NCBI GenBank assembly: GCA_977017645.1
Contig: OZ360230.1
Span: 65,782,001 to 65,846,000 of the forward strand
DNA length: 64,000 nt
From: Torpedo marmorata
Lineage: Eukaryota
Direction of reading: 5' to 3'
Part shown: in pieces, positions 26,256 through 39,920 of the stretch
Layout: each line of letters opens with the position of its first letter
How positions within the stretch are numbered: position 1 is the stretch's first letter
Position numbers and translations under genes: made by a program
Notes under the pieces: generated by a model
Told to the model about the DNA's origin: nothing
Database searches by the model: none
The model's input: the letters and a program-made list of their open reading frames with translations, nothing else

Positions 26256-29030
26256 CATAGAGTGCTATGGCACAGAAACAGGCCCTTGGGCTCTACCCGT
26301 TCATGCCGACTAAGCTGATCGCCTCCAAACCTTTCTTATCCAGGTATCTCTCTAAAGGGCTTTTAAATGTGATAATTTTCCACCCTTCTACCAATTCCTC
26401 TGGCAGCTCATTTCCATGCACTCCACCCTCGGCGTGAAGAAGGTGCCCCTTAGGTCCCTTTTAAATCTTTCTCCCCTAACCTTAAACTTACTCCTAGAAA
26501 AAAGGCCATGACTATTTACCTCATCTATGTCCCTCGTGATTTTATAAACCTCTATAAGATTCCCTCTCAGCCTCCTACGCTTCAGGGATAAAGGTTCCAA
26601 CTATCCAGCCTCTCATTACAATTCAAGCTCTCCAGTTCTGGTAACATTCTCATGAATCTTTTCTGCACTCTTTCCATCTTCATGATACCTTTTCTGAAGC
26701 TGAGTAACCAAAACTGCACACAATACTCCATGTGTGTTATTTGCAGATGATGTATTAATATATATGACGAAATCTGTTGCATCACTTCAACAATTGGCTA
26801 CTATATTGACAGAATATGGTGAGATATCAGGATATAAAATTAATTCAGTTAAAAGTGAGATTTTGGCTTTATCTCAAGGGGATTATACTAGATGTAAAGA
26901 AGTTACAGACTTTAAATGGACTACAGAGAGTATTAAATATTTGGGAGTTAAAGTTGATACAAAATTAGAAAATCTGTATAAATTAAATTATATACCTTTA
27001 CTTATGAAAATAAAAAAAGATTTAGAACTTTGGAAAGATTTACCTATAACTTTGATGGGAAGAGTAAATTGTATCAAAATGAATGTTTTTCCAAGAATTC
27101 AATATCTTTTTCAATCGATTCCTTATGGTATTCCAAATACATTTTTTAAAGATTTAAAATTTGTTGTTAGGAAATTTTTATGGAAAGGAAAGCTGGCAAG
27201 AGTAAGTATAGATAAATTAACATGGAATTATGAGATGGGAGGGTTACAACTTCCCAATTTTCAGTATTATTATAAAGTAGCTCAATTAAAGTTTATTAAT
27301 GAATTTTTTGATTTAAATAAATCTTCTGCTTGGATTAATATAGAATTGAATAATATAGGAGAAATATATAAAGAAGATATTATTTATAAATGGAATTCTA
27401 AATTACTATTACTTAAAAAGAAAAATACACCAATTATTAAACATCTGTTGGAAGTTTGGTCACAAGTAGATAAAGAGATAGGTCAAAAGGGATCAATTTC
27501 TTTAAATACACCAATATATCAAAATCCGCTTTTACCATTTTCTATTGATAATCAGTTACTTAAGTTATGGTTTCTAAAGGGAATTAAGACTTTAAAAGAT
27601 TGTTTTGAAGCTGGTAGATTTATTACTTTTCAGAGGTTAAAAGAAAAATTTAATATATTAGATAATACAATGTTAGTCTATTTTCAAGTTAAAGCTTTTT
27701 TGACCGAGAGATTAGGGAATGAATTAATAGCACCAAGACAAAATGAATTGGAATTGTTAATTACTAAAGTTAATGTTAATAAGTTTATATCACAAATGTA
27801 TAAATTGTTTCAAAGAAAGATGTCTAAAGTAGGAGCGCATAAGTCTAGATTAAAATGGGAATTAGATTTAAATGTTAATATAGATGAAAATCATTGGAGA
27901 GATTTATGTAAATTAAGTATGACTAAAGTTATTAATGTGAGATATAGATTAGTACAATATAATTTTTTTCATCAACTATATTTAACACCTAAAAAACTGA
28001 AGAAATTCAATCCAGCGTTATCAGATATGTGTTTTAGATGTAAACTGAAATAGGCTCTTTTGTACACTGTACTTGGTCATGTCCAAAAATTCAAGATTTT
28101 TGGTTGAAAGTTAAGAATTTTTTAGAAAGAATTTTTAATGTTGAAGTTATAATGGATCCTATGTTATTTTTATTTGGAGATATTAAAAAATTTAGTATCA
28201 GAAATAGATTAAATATGCATCAAGTAGAATTTTTACGTATAGTATTAGCAGTTTCGAAAAAGTGTATAGCTATTACTTGGAAATCAGATGTTGATTTAAA
28301 TCTAGAGAGATGGCATGCAGAGTTACGGTCATGTATACCATTAGAAAAAATTACTTATAATTTACGAAATAAATATCATTCTTTTTTGAAAATTTGGGGC
28401 CCATATATGAGGATTATGGGTTTAACATTGTAAATTCTCTGGATATCAGATCCGCTGGCGAAATAACCTCTAAGGTATATTAGTTTTTAAGTTTATTGAC
28501 TCCTCACTCTATTTTTCTATCTTTTCTTTTTTTTATTATTTTACTTTAAAATTTAGAATAGGGGGATATAGGGGCTAGGGAGGGGAGGGTGGGAAGGGGG
28601 GGAGAAAATGTAATCACATGTATTTTTTAAGAATTATATGCAAAATTATTTTATGTAATCTGTGATTTAAAAATTTAAATAAAATATTAAAAAAAAAAAA
28701 AACAATACTCCATGTGTGGCCTCACCAACGACTTGTACAGGTTTAACATGACATTCCTGCTCCTCTACTCAACATTCTGATCATTGAAGGTAAGTATGCC
28801 AAATGCATTCTTCACCACCTTCACTACCTCTATCTCCACTTTCATGGAATTATGCAAATCCCTTTGTTCTACAACACTTACCAGGCCTCCAGCATTCACC
28901 ATACAACACCTGCGTGATTTAACCTACCAAAGTGAAACACCTCACAATTGTCCTTATCAAGTTCCATCTGCCATTCCTTAGCCCAAGTCCAAGTTGTTAA
29001 TATGGATGACAAACAACAGTGGACCCAGCA
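26256..29030 (-). mobile_element. CR1 3' region split by an L1 insertion
   Basis: RRRLRGNLIEVYK and HMEYCVQFW; the sequence resumes after 28702. Confidence 0.8.
26737..28701 (+). mobile_element. 5'-truncated AT-rich L1-like LINE
   Basis: 439-aa ORF LFADD..IKYLG..GGLQLPN..CFRC; poly(A); 17-bp TSD ACAATACTCCATGTGTG (26720-26736 / 28702-28718). Confidence 0.95.
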
Positions 29031-29129
29031 CTGATTCCAGCAGCTTTCTTGATATTGAGAAAAAAGATCAGACATGATCTTGATGAGGGAAAGTGCAGCC
29101 TCGAAGGGCCAAATAGCTTATTCCTGGTA

Positions 29130-31160
29130 TATTCTTCTGTACCTTTCCAAAGCCTTCACATCCTTCCTGTAATGGGGCGTCCAGAATGGAAATCAATACT
29201 CCAAGTGCAGCCTTATCAACGTTTTACATATCTGCAACGTGACTTCCTTGCTTCTCTATGCAATGCCCTGCCTAAAGACATTACAGCACAGTACAGGCCC
29301 TTTGGCCCACAATGTTTACCAACCTTTACAACCTATTCCAGCATCAATCTAACTCTATTCAACCTCACAGCCCATAACCCTTTATTTTCCTTACATCCAT
29401 GTGCCTATGTAAAAAAACACTTTCAAATGTCTCCTTTGTACCTGCCTCCACCAACACCCCTGGCAATGCATTCCAGGCATCCATCACTCTGTGCAGAAAA
29501 ACGTACCTACGACGTCCTCCTTCAACTTTGCTCTCCTCACCTTAAACAGATATACTCTGGGATAAGATAAACATACCACATATGCTTCTTGACCACCCAG
29601 GGCAAAGTTGGGTGGAGAAGTGGCAAATGGAGTTCAATGCAGATAAGTTGATGTGAATTCAATGTGGATGGTTCGATGGTTAACAGTGTGGAGGAACAAA
29701 GAGATCTTGGGGACCAGGTCCATTGATCCCTCAAGATTGCCCTGCAAGTTGATAGGGTGGTTAAGAAGAGGAATGGGGTGGCACAGTTAGCGTAGCGGTT
29801 AGCGCAACGCTGTTACAGCGCCAGTGATCGGGACCGGGGTTCAAATCCCGCATTGTAAGGAGTTTCTATGTTCTCCTCGTGTTGGTGTGGGTTTTCGCCG
29901 GGTGCTCCCACCCTTCAAAACATACCGGGGGCTGTAGGTTAATTGGATGTAATTGAGCGGCACGGGCTCATGGGCTGGAAGGGCCTGTTACTGTGCTATG
30001 TGTCTACATTTAAAAAAAAAAATAGAATGGAGTGTTGGCCTTCATTAATCAAGGGATTGAGTGCAAGAGCTACAAGGTAATGTTGCAGCTCTATAAAATT
30101 GATTAGACCACACTTGGAGTATTACCTTCATTTCTGGTCACCTCATTGCAGGAAGAATGTAGATGTTTAGAGAGGGTACAAATTTATCAGGTTATTGCCT
30201 GGAAAGGAGAACATGTCAAATGAAGCAAGGTTGAAATAGCTAGAGCTTTTCTCTTTGGAGCAACAAAGTTTGTGCCTTAATAGAGGTATGTAAGATTATG
30301 AAGGGTTTACACAGAGAGTGGCGGTGGTGGAGGCTGGTAAAATAGGGGCTATCAAAAGACTTTTAGATAGGCACATGGATGCAAGGAAAATAGAGGGTTA
30401 TGGGTGTGAGGTAGGAAAAAAATTAGATTGTTGAGGAGTAGATTTACATAATGGGCCGAGGGGCCTGTAATGTGCTGTAATCTTCTATTTACTTCCGTAG
30501 CCACCTTTCAAGAGCTATGCACCTGGATACTTTGCACATCAATGTGTTGAAAAGTCCTGCCATCAACTGTATACTGTTCCTTAACATTTGACTTTCCAAA
30601 GTGCAACTCTGATGTGTCTGGATTCAACTCCATCTTCCATTTTCTGTCCATATCTGTAGTTGCTCCAAATTTTGCTGTATCCTTTGATAACCCTCTACTG
30701 TGTCCATAGTTTCTGCAACCTTTGTGTCATCTGCAAACTTACTAAACCATCCTTTTACATTTATACCTATACATCTCTCTCTCTAGAGGGAGGGAGAGAA
30801 AGTGAGCGGGAGAGAGGGAGAGACATATTTCACAGCCTTCCACCACTACCCTCCGTCTTTAATGGAGGAGACAATTCTAAGTCCAAACTATTAATTCACA
30901 GTGGATCCATATCAGCCACCCTACCATGATGGACCTTATCAAATGCCTAACTAAAGTCCATGTAGACAATATCCATTGACAAACCCTCATTAACAACCTT
31001 TCTCACCTCCTCAAAAAAGCTCATTCGTGCATCCAGCTATTCTTTTCCAAATGTGTGCAAATCCTAAATATTCGTTCAAATAGTTTCCCTTCCACTAACC
31101 TGGATTATCCCCATTTCCCTTCTTGAAAAGAGGAATAACTGGCTACTCTCTGGGACCTTG
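29130..31160. mobile_element. Mosaic of CR1 fragments on both strands
   Basis: Recurrent CR1 RT and 3' UTR motifs (KWQMEFNADK, RPHLEY, GGGCCTGT tail). Confidence 0.75.
29775..30024 (+). mobile_element. tRNA-derived V-SINE (HE1-like)
   Basis: A box TAGCGTAGCGGT, B box GGTTCAAATCC, V-domain-like TGTAAGGAGTTT..GTGGGTTTT, CR1-like tail; GAATGG on both flanks. Confidence 0.88.
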
Positions 31161-31174
31161 TCTGCTGCTGTTAG

Positions 31175-31803
31175 TGTGGATAGAACACGATCCAGTCCTC
31201 ATTGAAGGCTCAGTCGTGGAGAGGGTCAAGAACATCAAATTCCTGGGTGTCAATATCTCCAAGGATCTGACCTGAAGCCTCCATGTCAATGCAATCATGA
31301 AGAAGGCTCGCCAGCGGCTATACTTTGTGAGGAGCTTGAGGAGATTCGGTACGTCACCGAAGACTCTCAAAAACCTCTACAGGTGTACCATGGAGAGCAT
31401 TCTGGCTGGTTGCATCACTGTCTGGTACGGAGGCGCCAACTCTCAGGACAAGAAAAAGCTCCAGAGGGTTGTTAACTCAGCCTGCGACATCATGGGCACC
31501 AGTCTTCACACCATCGAGGACCCCCTCCACCCAGGCCATGCCCTCTTCACTCTGCTACCATCAGGAAAAAGGCACAGGAGTCTAAAGACGAGCACTTAGC
31601 GGCACAAGGACAGCTTCTTCCCCACTGCCATCAGATTCCTGAATGATCAATGAACCACAGACACTGCCTTACTTTGACTTTTCGTGCACTATTTTTTATT
31701 TATTTTTGAAAGATGGTTTATATGAATGTTTGCACTGTGATGCTGCCGCAAAACAATGAATTTTGTGACTTATTCACGACAATAAATTTTGATTCTGATT
31801 CAA
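31175..31803 (+). mobile_element. Rex1/Babar 3' fragment
   Basis: KKARQRLYFVRSLRRFG...LLPSGK; GACAATAAA + (GATTCT)n tail. Confidence 0.9.
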
Positions 31804-31804
31804 G

Positions 31805-33150
31805 ATCTTCGTTAAGACCCCAGAAATTTCCTCTCCTGCCTCTTTCAATAATCTGGGATAATCCCATCATATCCTGGCGGCTCATTTACTTTAATGTTCT
31901 TTATATTAAAAAAAATAGAACCATATCTTTGTTGATCTCAAAAGGCCCAACACATTAGCACTCTCCACACTGCCCTCTCTATCCTCCATGTTTTTCTACT
32001 TGGTGAATACCGATGCAAGGTACTCATTTAGTGCCTCACTCACTCCTTCTTGACTCCAAGCACAGATTTTTCTCCTTCATCCTTGAGTGCTCCTGTTTTC
32101 TCCCTGGTCATCTTCTTGTTTTAAATGCAAGAATAAAATGATTTGGGATTCTCTTTAATCCTGCTTGCCAAGGACACTTCATGGCCCCTTTTGGCCTTCC
32201 CAATATCCTGCTTCAGCTCTTTCCTGCCATCCTTGTATTCCCCAAAGACCCGGTCTGATTTTTGTTTCCTCAACCTTACATATGTTTCTTTTTCCTTTTT
32301 GACTAATTCATGATTTCTCATCATCCAAGGTTCTCTTACCTTGCCATCCCTGTCCTTCCTCCTCACTGCAACCTGCGGTCCTGGACTCTGATCAGCTGGT
32401 TCTTAAACAACTCCCACATTTGAGTTGTAAAGGTAAAGGTTCCATTATTGTCGTGTAATACTACATTTAGAATGTGACATACATGAATTTTTTGTCTACC
32501 GTAAGGCAGACGGATAGTCGCTACTTTGTCCAGCGCCCCTCACAGAAACCTACAGCACCAGGTGTCCCTTGGCAGTCTCCCCTCCAAGTACTGACCAGTC
32601 CTGTGCCTGCTTAGCTTCTGAGATCAGACAATCCCAGTCATATTCAGGCTTGCCTTATAACAACTGCTCCCAATTGACTCATGCCTTATAATGTCAGAAT
32701 TTGTCCTCGCCTAATTTAGTATTTTTCCACAAGGTCCAGGCTTATCCTTACTGATAACTATCTTGTAACTTAAGAAATTGTGATTACTATTCCCCATTGC
32801 TTCGTTATAGAATCTCAGATCACCTGGCCAAGCTCATTTTTCAGTGCAAGGTCTAGTATGACCCCATTCCCTGGTTGGACTGTCCACATGCTATTTCAAG
32901 AATCCCTCCTGGATGCATCCAACAAATTCTGTCCCATCTAAGCCTCCAGCACCAAGGTCACCCTGATCAATATTGGGGAGATTAAAGTCTCCCACTATGA
33001 CAACCCTATTGCTTTTACATATTTCTATAATATTGTCCCCATATTCGTCCCTATATCTCTCAGTGTTTATTGAGAGTCCTATGATATAACCCCATCAGAG
33101 TGAGTATACCTTTCTTAGTTTTGATCTCCACTACTGTCTCAGTTGGTGAG
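31805..33150 (-). mobile_element. Decayed CR1 (APE to pre-RT)
   Basis: LASRIKENPKSFY; VGDFNLPNID on the reverse strand. Confidence 0.8.
32427..32650 (-). mobile_element. 5S rRNA-derived SINE, copy 2
   Basis: Near-identical to 21676-21910; (ACCTTT)n tail. Confidence 0.92.
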
Positions 33151-33227
33151 CCCCAAAAGTAGGCATACATCAGGATGCTCTTTATTGAAATCTGGGACAC
33201 TGCATGCCTGTTCCCCTTAAAAACACG

Positions 33228-35275
33228 TGTACCATTTTGGATACCGTTGGGGGGCTCAGAAGGGAAAGGTGAAGAGGGGAGCGATAGTGTTTGGGGAACA
33301 CACAGGAGATTCTGTGGAGGAGATCAAGTCTATTGGATGGTACATTGCCTCTCGGGTGCCAGGGTCAGAGACATCTCTGATGGAGTCCATGGCATTCTTG
33401 AGAGGGAGGGTGAGCAGCCAGATGTCGTGGTACATGTTGGTACAAATAACATAGATAGGGAAAGGGATTATGGGGCGGCAGAGGTCCTGAAGAAAGAATG
33501 AATATAGGGAGTAAGGAAGGAAGCTACAAAGCAGGACCTCTGCTGGATTTCTCCCTGTGCCATATGCCAGTGAAGGCAAGAATAGGAAGTTATGGCATAT
33601 GATTGCACGGCTGAGGAGTTGGTGCAGGGGTTCAGATTTGTGGATCATTGGGATCTCTTCTGGTAAAGGTATGAACTTTACAATAAGGACAGGTTGCACC
33701 TGAACTTGAGAGGGACCAATATCCTTGTGGGCAGGCTTGCTAGAGCTGTTGGAGAGGGTATAAACTAGGTAGGTAGGGGGATGGGAACAAGAGTGTGCGG
33801 TCAGATGACAGAGCAGTTGGTGAAAAGGTAGATGCTATGTGTAGTGAGACTGTGAGGAAGGACAAGCAGTGGTTGGAACATAAATTCAGTCATTTGGATG
33901 GGTTGAAATGTGTTTACTTTAATGTGAGAAGTATTAAGAATAAGGGCGATGAACCTGGAGCATGGATCAGTGCACAGAGACATGGCTGAGGCAAGGTCAG
34001 GATGGCTGATCGATGTTCTGGGGTTTAAATTTTTAATTTAAATTTAGACATACAGCACGGTAACAGGCCCTTTCGGCCCACAAGCCCGTGCCGCCCGATT
34101 ACACCCAATTGACCTACAACCCCCGGTACGTTTTGAAGGGTGGGAGGAAACCAGAGCCCCCGTGGAAAACCCACGCAGACACGGGGAGAACGTAAAAACT
34201 CCTTACAGACAGCGCAGGATTCGAACCCCGGTCCTGATCACTGGCGCTGTAACAGCGTTGTGCTAACCGCTACGCCAACCGTGCCGCCCCATGATTCAAA
34301 AGGGAAAGAGATGGAGGTAAAAGTGGCGGCAGGGTGGGGGGAGTGGTATTGCTAATCAGGGATAGTATAACAGCTGCAGAAAGGCAGGATGTTGTGGACG
34401 GATTGTCCACTGAGTTATTGTGGGTGGAAGTCAGAAACAGGAAGGGAGCGATCACTCCACTGGGAGTATAGGGCCTCAAATAGCCACCGGGGCACTGAGC
34501 AGCAGATAAGTGGGCAGAATTTGAAAAGGTACAAAATTAACAGGATTGTTGCCATGGGAGACATCAACTTCCCTAATGTTTACTGGCACCTCCTCTGTGC
34601 AAAAGGTTCAGATGGAGCAGAATTTGTCAGGTGTCCAAGAAGCATTGCTGACACAATATATGGACAAGCCAACGAGAGGAGAGGCCATGCTGCTTCTAAT
34701 ACTGGGCAATGAAACTGGTCAGGTGATAGACATCGCGGTGGGTGAGCATTTCAGAGACAGTGACCACAACTCCCTATCATAGCTATGGACAAGGATAGGA
34801 GACAAAATGGGAAATATTTAATTGGGGATGGGCTAATAATGATGGGATTAGACAGGAACATAGGAGAGTAAATGGAACATAGAACATTACTGCACGATGA
34901 CCCACGATGTTGTGCCCACCTACATAAACCTACTTCACAACAATCTCCAGCCACCACCAACACACAGGTAATGCACCCCAGGCACCTACCATACTCTGAT
35001 GTCTTCCCTAAACATTCCTCCGCTCACCTTCAACAGGGGTCCTCTGGTATATGCTATAGAGAGTGGTGGGAGCCTGGAACACCTTGCCAGGGATGGTGGT
35101 GAAGGTTGGTACAATAGGGACATGTAAAAGACTCTTAAGACAGGCACTTGGATGTAAGAGAAATAGAGAGTTATGGGTGTGAGGTAGGGAAGGGTTAGTT
35201 TGTTGAGTTAGTTTATATAGGTCGGCACAACATCGTGGGCCGAAGGGCCTGTACTGTAACGTTCTACGTTATGTT
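33228..35275 (+). mobile_element. CR1 fragments: ORF1 SGNH esterase, APE, 3' end
   Basis: CLSGARVRD...VVVHVGTN; CVYFNVRSI; MGDINFP. Confidence 0.85.
34026..34291 (-). mobile_element. tRNA-derived V-SINE (HE1-like), CpG-intact copy
   Basis: Reverse strand GGGGCGGCACGGTTGGCGTAGCGGTTAGC...GGTTCGAATCC, V-domain, CR1-like tail, TAAATT repeats. Confidence 0.92.
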
Positions 35276-36055
35276 CATGTCAGTACAGAGGAACTTCACA
35301 AAGGATGATTCACAAAGGAAGAACAAGGAAGAAAATGGAAGTCATCCACAAAAGTATCCATCACTAAAACCTGAGAGAGTATGGCTGATTGAAACACTGA
35401 ATATCCACAAGAGGGCGAGAGGGTTGGAGCCTGAGAAAGTCAAATTACATTCAGCAGATATACATTTCAAATTAATGCAAGTCAAAATATTCTATTCCCA
35501 CACAAATTGCCGTCACGAAAATCTTTATTGTAACAATTAAAATTATTACAACATTAATTGAACAAGGGCTCAATGCATGGCCATTCCCAAATATGAGGAT
35601 GAGATTGGCAAATTAACCCTTTTATATATGCAGCCAAATCTTTTTCTAACCCCAGGGCAACTTAAAAACTTTATTAGAAATCTACAGTCCAGACATGCAA
35701 GTTTATCACTTAACAGTCCACAATCTAACTCAAAACGCTTGAATCTATTCAAGAGGAGCTGCTGCCAAATTAATTATCTGGATAGGCAGCCATCACATTA
35801 AGCAGAAATCATGTCAGATTTCAAGTGATTGCTCATTAACCCATTCAATCTCTTGGTGCACAATACCAACTGCACCCTCTCCCTATTGTAATCCTTCACT
35901 GTTTCTTTAATCAGCCATGTAATTGGCTTCAATCACTTCCTGGAGGTCTGTTACAGCTGTTGACCACACCACGTGTAGAAATAGTTTACTGCGGCTAACT
36001 AAAGCATGCCCTTCACACCCTGAATCTGTAACCTCTGCTCCAATCCAATACTAAA

Positions 36056-36407
36056 AGCTGCCATCAGGAAAGAGGTATAGGTGCCACAAGACTCGCACCG
36101 CCAGGTTCAGGAACAGCTGCTACCCCTCCACCATCAGACCCCTCAACGAAAAACTCAATCAGAGACTCATTTAAGGACTCTTACTTATGCACTTTATTGA
36201 TTTTCTTTTTTATTCTCTCTGTATTGCACAGTAAGTTTGTTTACATTCGTTCTGTTTACATTTCTTTATTTGTTTGCATGTATACGCTGTGTACAGTTTT
36301 TTTGCACTACCAATAAGTGGTAATTCTGCCGCACCCGCAGGAAAAAGAATCTCAGGGTTGTATGTGATGTCGTATATGTACTCTGACAATAAATCTGAAA
36401 TCTGAAA
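36056..36407 (+). mobile_element. Rex1/Babar 3' end
   Basis: LPSGKRYR motif; TGACAATAAATCTGAAATCTGAA tail. Confidence 0.88.
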
Positions 36408-36589
36408 AAAAAATCTTTCGGTTTCCTACACTCTCAGCACCTGCCCTGGTACCAAATCTAATTTTCTATCTATTTTATATTAAAATTCTCACATCTGTCT
36501 GTCCTTTCTATGAACTAACCTTGCATATTTCTGCCCACATTTCAGACAACAGATGACAATTCCAGCATGTCACCCTGTAATTACACCAT

Positions 36590-39500
36590 AGTAAAAACAC
36601 AAAGTTGGAGAAACTCAGCAGGTCAAACAGTGTCCTTTATTACTTTTTTAAATGCAATAATTACAGTTATACCAAAGAAAGATAGAGATGTATTGAAAAC
36701 TGAATCTTATAGACCTATTTCATTATTAAATGTAGATTATAAGATAATGGCAAAAATTTTAGCAAATAGAATGGCTAATTATTTACCAGATTTAATCCAT
36801 GTAGATCAAGCTGGTTTTATTAAAAAGAGATATTCAAAAGATAATATAGCTAGATTGATTAGCTTAATTAATTTACATAAAAAGAAGGAAGATTTACCAT
36901 TAGTTTTAACTTTAGACGCTGAAAAGGCTTTTGATAGATTAGAGTGGAATTTTTTATTTAAGGTATTGGAGAAATTTGGTTTTGGAAATACATTTATTAA
37001 TTGGATTAAAACTATATATAAAGAACCATCTGCTAAAGTAGTTACAAATGGACAAATTTCTTCAAAATTTCCTTTGACTCGATCTACTAGACAAGGATGT
37101 CCTTTGTCACCAGCATTATTTATTTTGGCGATAGAACCTTTGGCAGAATTAGTTAGAAAAGATCCTAAAATAGTTGGTATTAAAGTTGGAATGGAAGAAC
37201 ATAAAATTAGTTTGTTTGCAGATGATGTATTGATATATATGACAAAATCTATTACATCCTTAGTACAATTGTCTGTGTTATTGAGAGAATATGGGGAAAT
37301 ATCTGGATATAAAATTAATTCTAATAAAAGTGAAATTATGGCATTATCACAAGGGGATTATAGTAGATGTAAAGAAATTACACAATTTAAATGGGCAAAG
37401 GAAGGAATTAAATATTTGGGAATAAGGGTTGATACAAAATTGGCTAATTTATACAAATTAAATTATCTACCATTATTTGTGAAAATAAAGAAAGATTTAG
37501 AAAATTGGAAAGATTTACCAATAACTTTAATGGGAAGAGTAAATTGTATTAAAATGAATGTTTTTCCAAGAATTCAATATCTTTTTCAATCAATTCCTTA
37601 TGGAATTCCTCAAAATTGTTTTAAAGATTTAAATTCAATTATTAGAAAATTTTTATGGAGAGGAAAGTTAGCAAGAGTAGGTATGGAAAAATTAACTTGG
37701 AATTATGAAATGGGTGGTTTACAACTTCCTAATTTCAAAAATTATTATAAAGCAGCTCAACTAAAATGTGTTAATGAATTTTTTGATTCAACTAAATCTT
37801 CTGCTTGGATTAAAATAGAATTAAATAATATAGGAGAAGATTCCAAAGAAGAAATTATTTATAAATGGGATTCTAAATTAATATCAACAAGAAAGAAAAA
37901 TTCGCCTATTTTAAAACATTTGTTAGAAATATGGAATAAGACGGATAAGGAAATAAGAGGAAAAGAATTGATTTCTTCAAGGATGCCTTTATATCAAAAT
38001 TGACTTATTCCATTTACTATTAATAATCAATTATTTAAAATTTGGTTTCAAAAATGAATTAAGAAGATTAATGATTGTTTTGAAGCTGGGAAATTTATTA
38101 CTTTTCAAAGAATGAAAGATAAATTTAATATATTAGATAATACACTTTTTGCTTATTATCAAATTGGAGCTTTTCTGATTGAGAAATTAGGTTATGCTTT
38201 GATTTTATCAAGACAAAATGAATTAGAATTATTAGTTACTAATGGAGATGTTAATAAATTTATTTCTCAAATGTATAAATTGTTTCAGAGGAAAATGCCT
38301 AAAGTAGGATTGCATAAATCAAGATTAAAATGGGAATTAGATTTGAATGTAAGAATAGATGAAAATCATTGGAAAGAATTATGTAAATTAAGTATGACGA
38401 AGATTATTAATGTTAGATATAGATTAGTACAATACAATTTTTTTCATCAATTATATTTAACACCTAAAAAATTAAAGAAATTTAATCCGACACTATCAGG
38501 TTTATGTTTTAGATGTAATAAAGAGGAAGGGTCTTTTTTACATTCTACATGGATTTGTCCAAAAGTTTATGATTTTTGGTTGAAAGTTAAAATTTTCTTA
38601 GATAAAGTATTTAAGATTACATTTCCAATGGATCCTATGATATTTTTGTTTGGAGATATTAGAAAATTTAGTATTAAGATGAAATTAAATATGTATCAAA
38701 TAGAATTTTTACGAATTGCTTTAGCTGTTTCAAAGAAATGCATTGCTATTACTTGGAAATCTGATTTAGATTTAGGATTAGAAAAATGGCATGCAGAATT
38801 TCGTTCGTGTATACCACTTGTAAAAATTACTTATAATTTACGTAATAAATATCATTTCTTCTTAAAAATTTTGAGCCCATATATGAAAGCTGTTGGTTTA
38901 AGGATTTGAAGATCTCTGGATATCGGATCTACTGGCATACTTGACCTCCATAATAGAATTAGTTTATAGATTGGCATTCCCCTTACTCTATCTTTTTCTT
39001 TCTTTTTCTTCTTCTTTTTCTATTTTTATTTTATATTTTTATTTTTTATTAGATTAGTGGGGTTGGGAGGGTTGGGGAGGGGAGGGAGGGAGAGGGGTGT
39101 GAATATGTATCACAAATAATTTGATAATTTTATATTCTATTTTATGTATTTTGTGATTTAAAAATTTTAAATAAAATATTTTTTTTTAAAAACAAAAAAA
39201 ACAGTGTCCTTTATATAACAAAGGTAAAAATACATAACCGACGTTTCAGGCTTGAGCCCTTCATCAAAGTATGGAAAAATGTCGGCAGGCGTCCGAACAA
39301 AAGAGTAGGGGGAGGGGGAGGAGGAAGAGGAGAGCAGGTTAGCAGAAACCGGAAAAGTTGATGTTAATGCCATCTGGCTGGAGAGTGCCCAGACGGAAAA
39401 TCAGGTGTTGTTCCTCCAATTTGCAAGTGGTCTTGGTGGGACAGTACATAAGGCCATGGACAGACATGTGATTATGGGAGTGTGACACAGAACTGAAATG

Positions 39501-39920
39501 GTTGGCTACTGGGAGGTATCTGTTACTGGTGCGGACGGAGCGAATGTGCTCAGCGAAGCGATCTCCCAATTTGCGCCCAGTCCTGCTCTCCTCTTCCCCC
39601 TCCCCTTCCCAGTTCTCCTCCCTCCCTTCCCCCTCCCTTCCCCCTCCCTTCACCTAGCCATCCCTCCTCCCCTTGATCTCTGCTGTCCCCTCCCTCCTCC
39701 ACCTATCACCTCCTGCCTTTGCGACCCACCCTCCCCCCCCCTACTCTTTTGTCCGGACGCCTGCCGACATTTTCCCATACCTTGATGAAGGGCTCAAGCC
39801 CAAAACGTCGGTTATGAATCTTTACCTTTGCTATATAAAGGACACTGCTTGACCTGCTGAGTTTCTCCAGCTTTGTGTGTTTACTTCAACCATGGTGTCT
39901 GCAGACTTTCGTGTTTTACT
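36590..39920 (-). mobile_element. 5'-truncated Penelope-like element (GIY-YIG C-terminus + pLTR + inverted pLTR), split by a nested L1
   Basis: ORF 39339-39653 TGRKLGDRFAEH..PVANHF..EQHLIFRLGTLQPDGIN; inverted pLTRs 39199-39310 (continuing at 36590-36640) and 39740-39920; 16-bp flanks CCTGTA(A/T)TTACACCAT (36574-36589 / 39921-39936). Confidence 0.9.
36641..39198 (+). mobile_element. 5'-truncated AT-rich L1-like LINE (RT to 3' UTR)
   Basis: YRPISLLN, DAEKAFD, RQGCPLSP, FADD, CFRC..H..W.C; 16-bp TSD AAACAGTGTCCTTTAT (36625-36640 / 39199-39214). Confidence 0.95.

Noticed and set aside
26734-28053. Intact protein-coding genes (439-aa and 478-aa ORFs)
   Set aside because: 5'-truncated L1 ORF2 pieces with TSDs, tails and downstream stops or frameshifts
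34215-34291. tRNA genes at SINE heads
   Set aside because: A/B boxes are present but continue into V-domain and CR1-like tails; these are SINEs
35290-35430. Possible minus-strand exon after CTCAG acceptors
   Set aside because: All frames hit stops, with no convincing donor and no recognisable peptide
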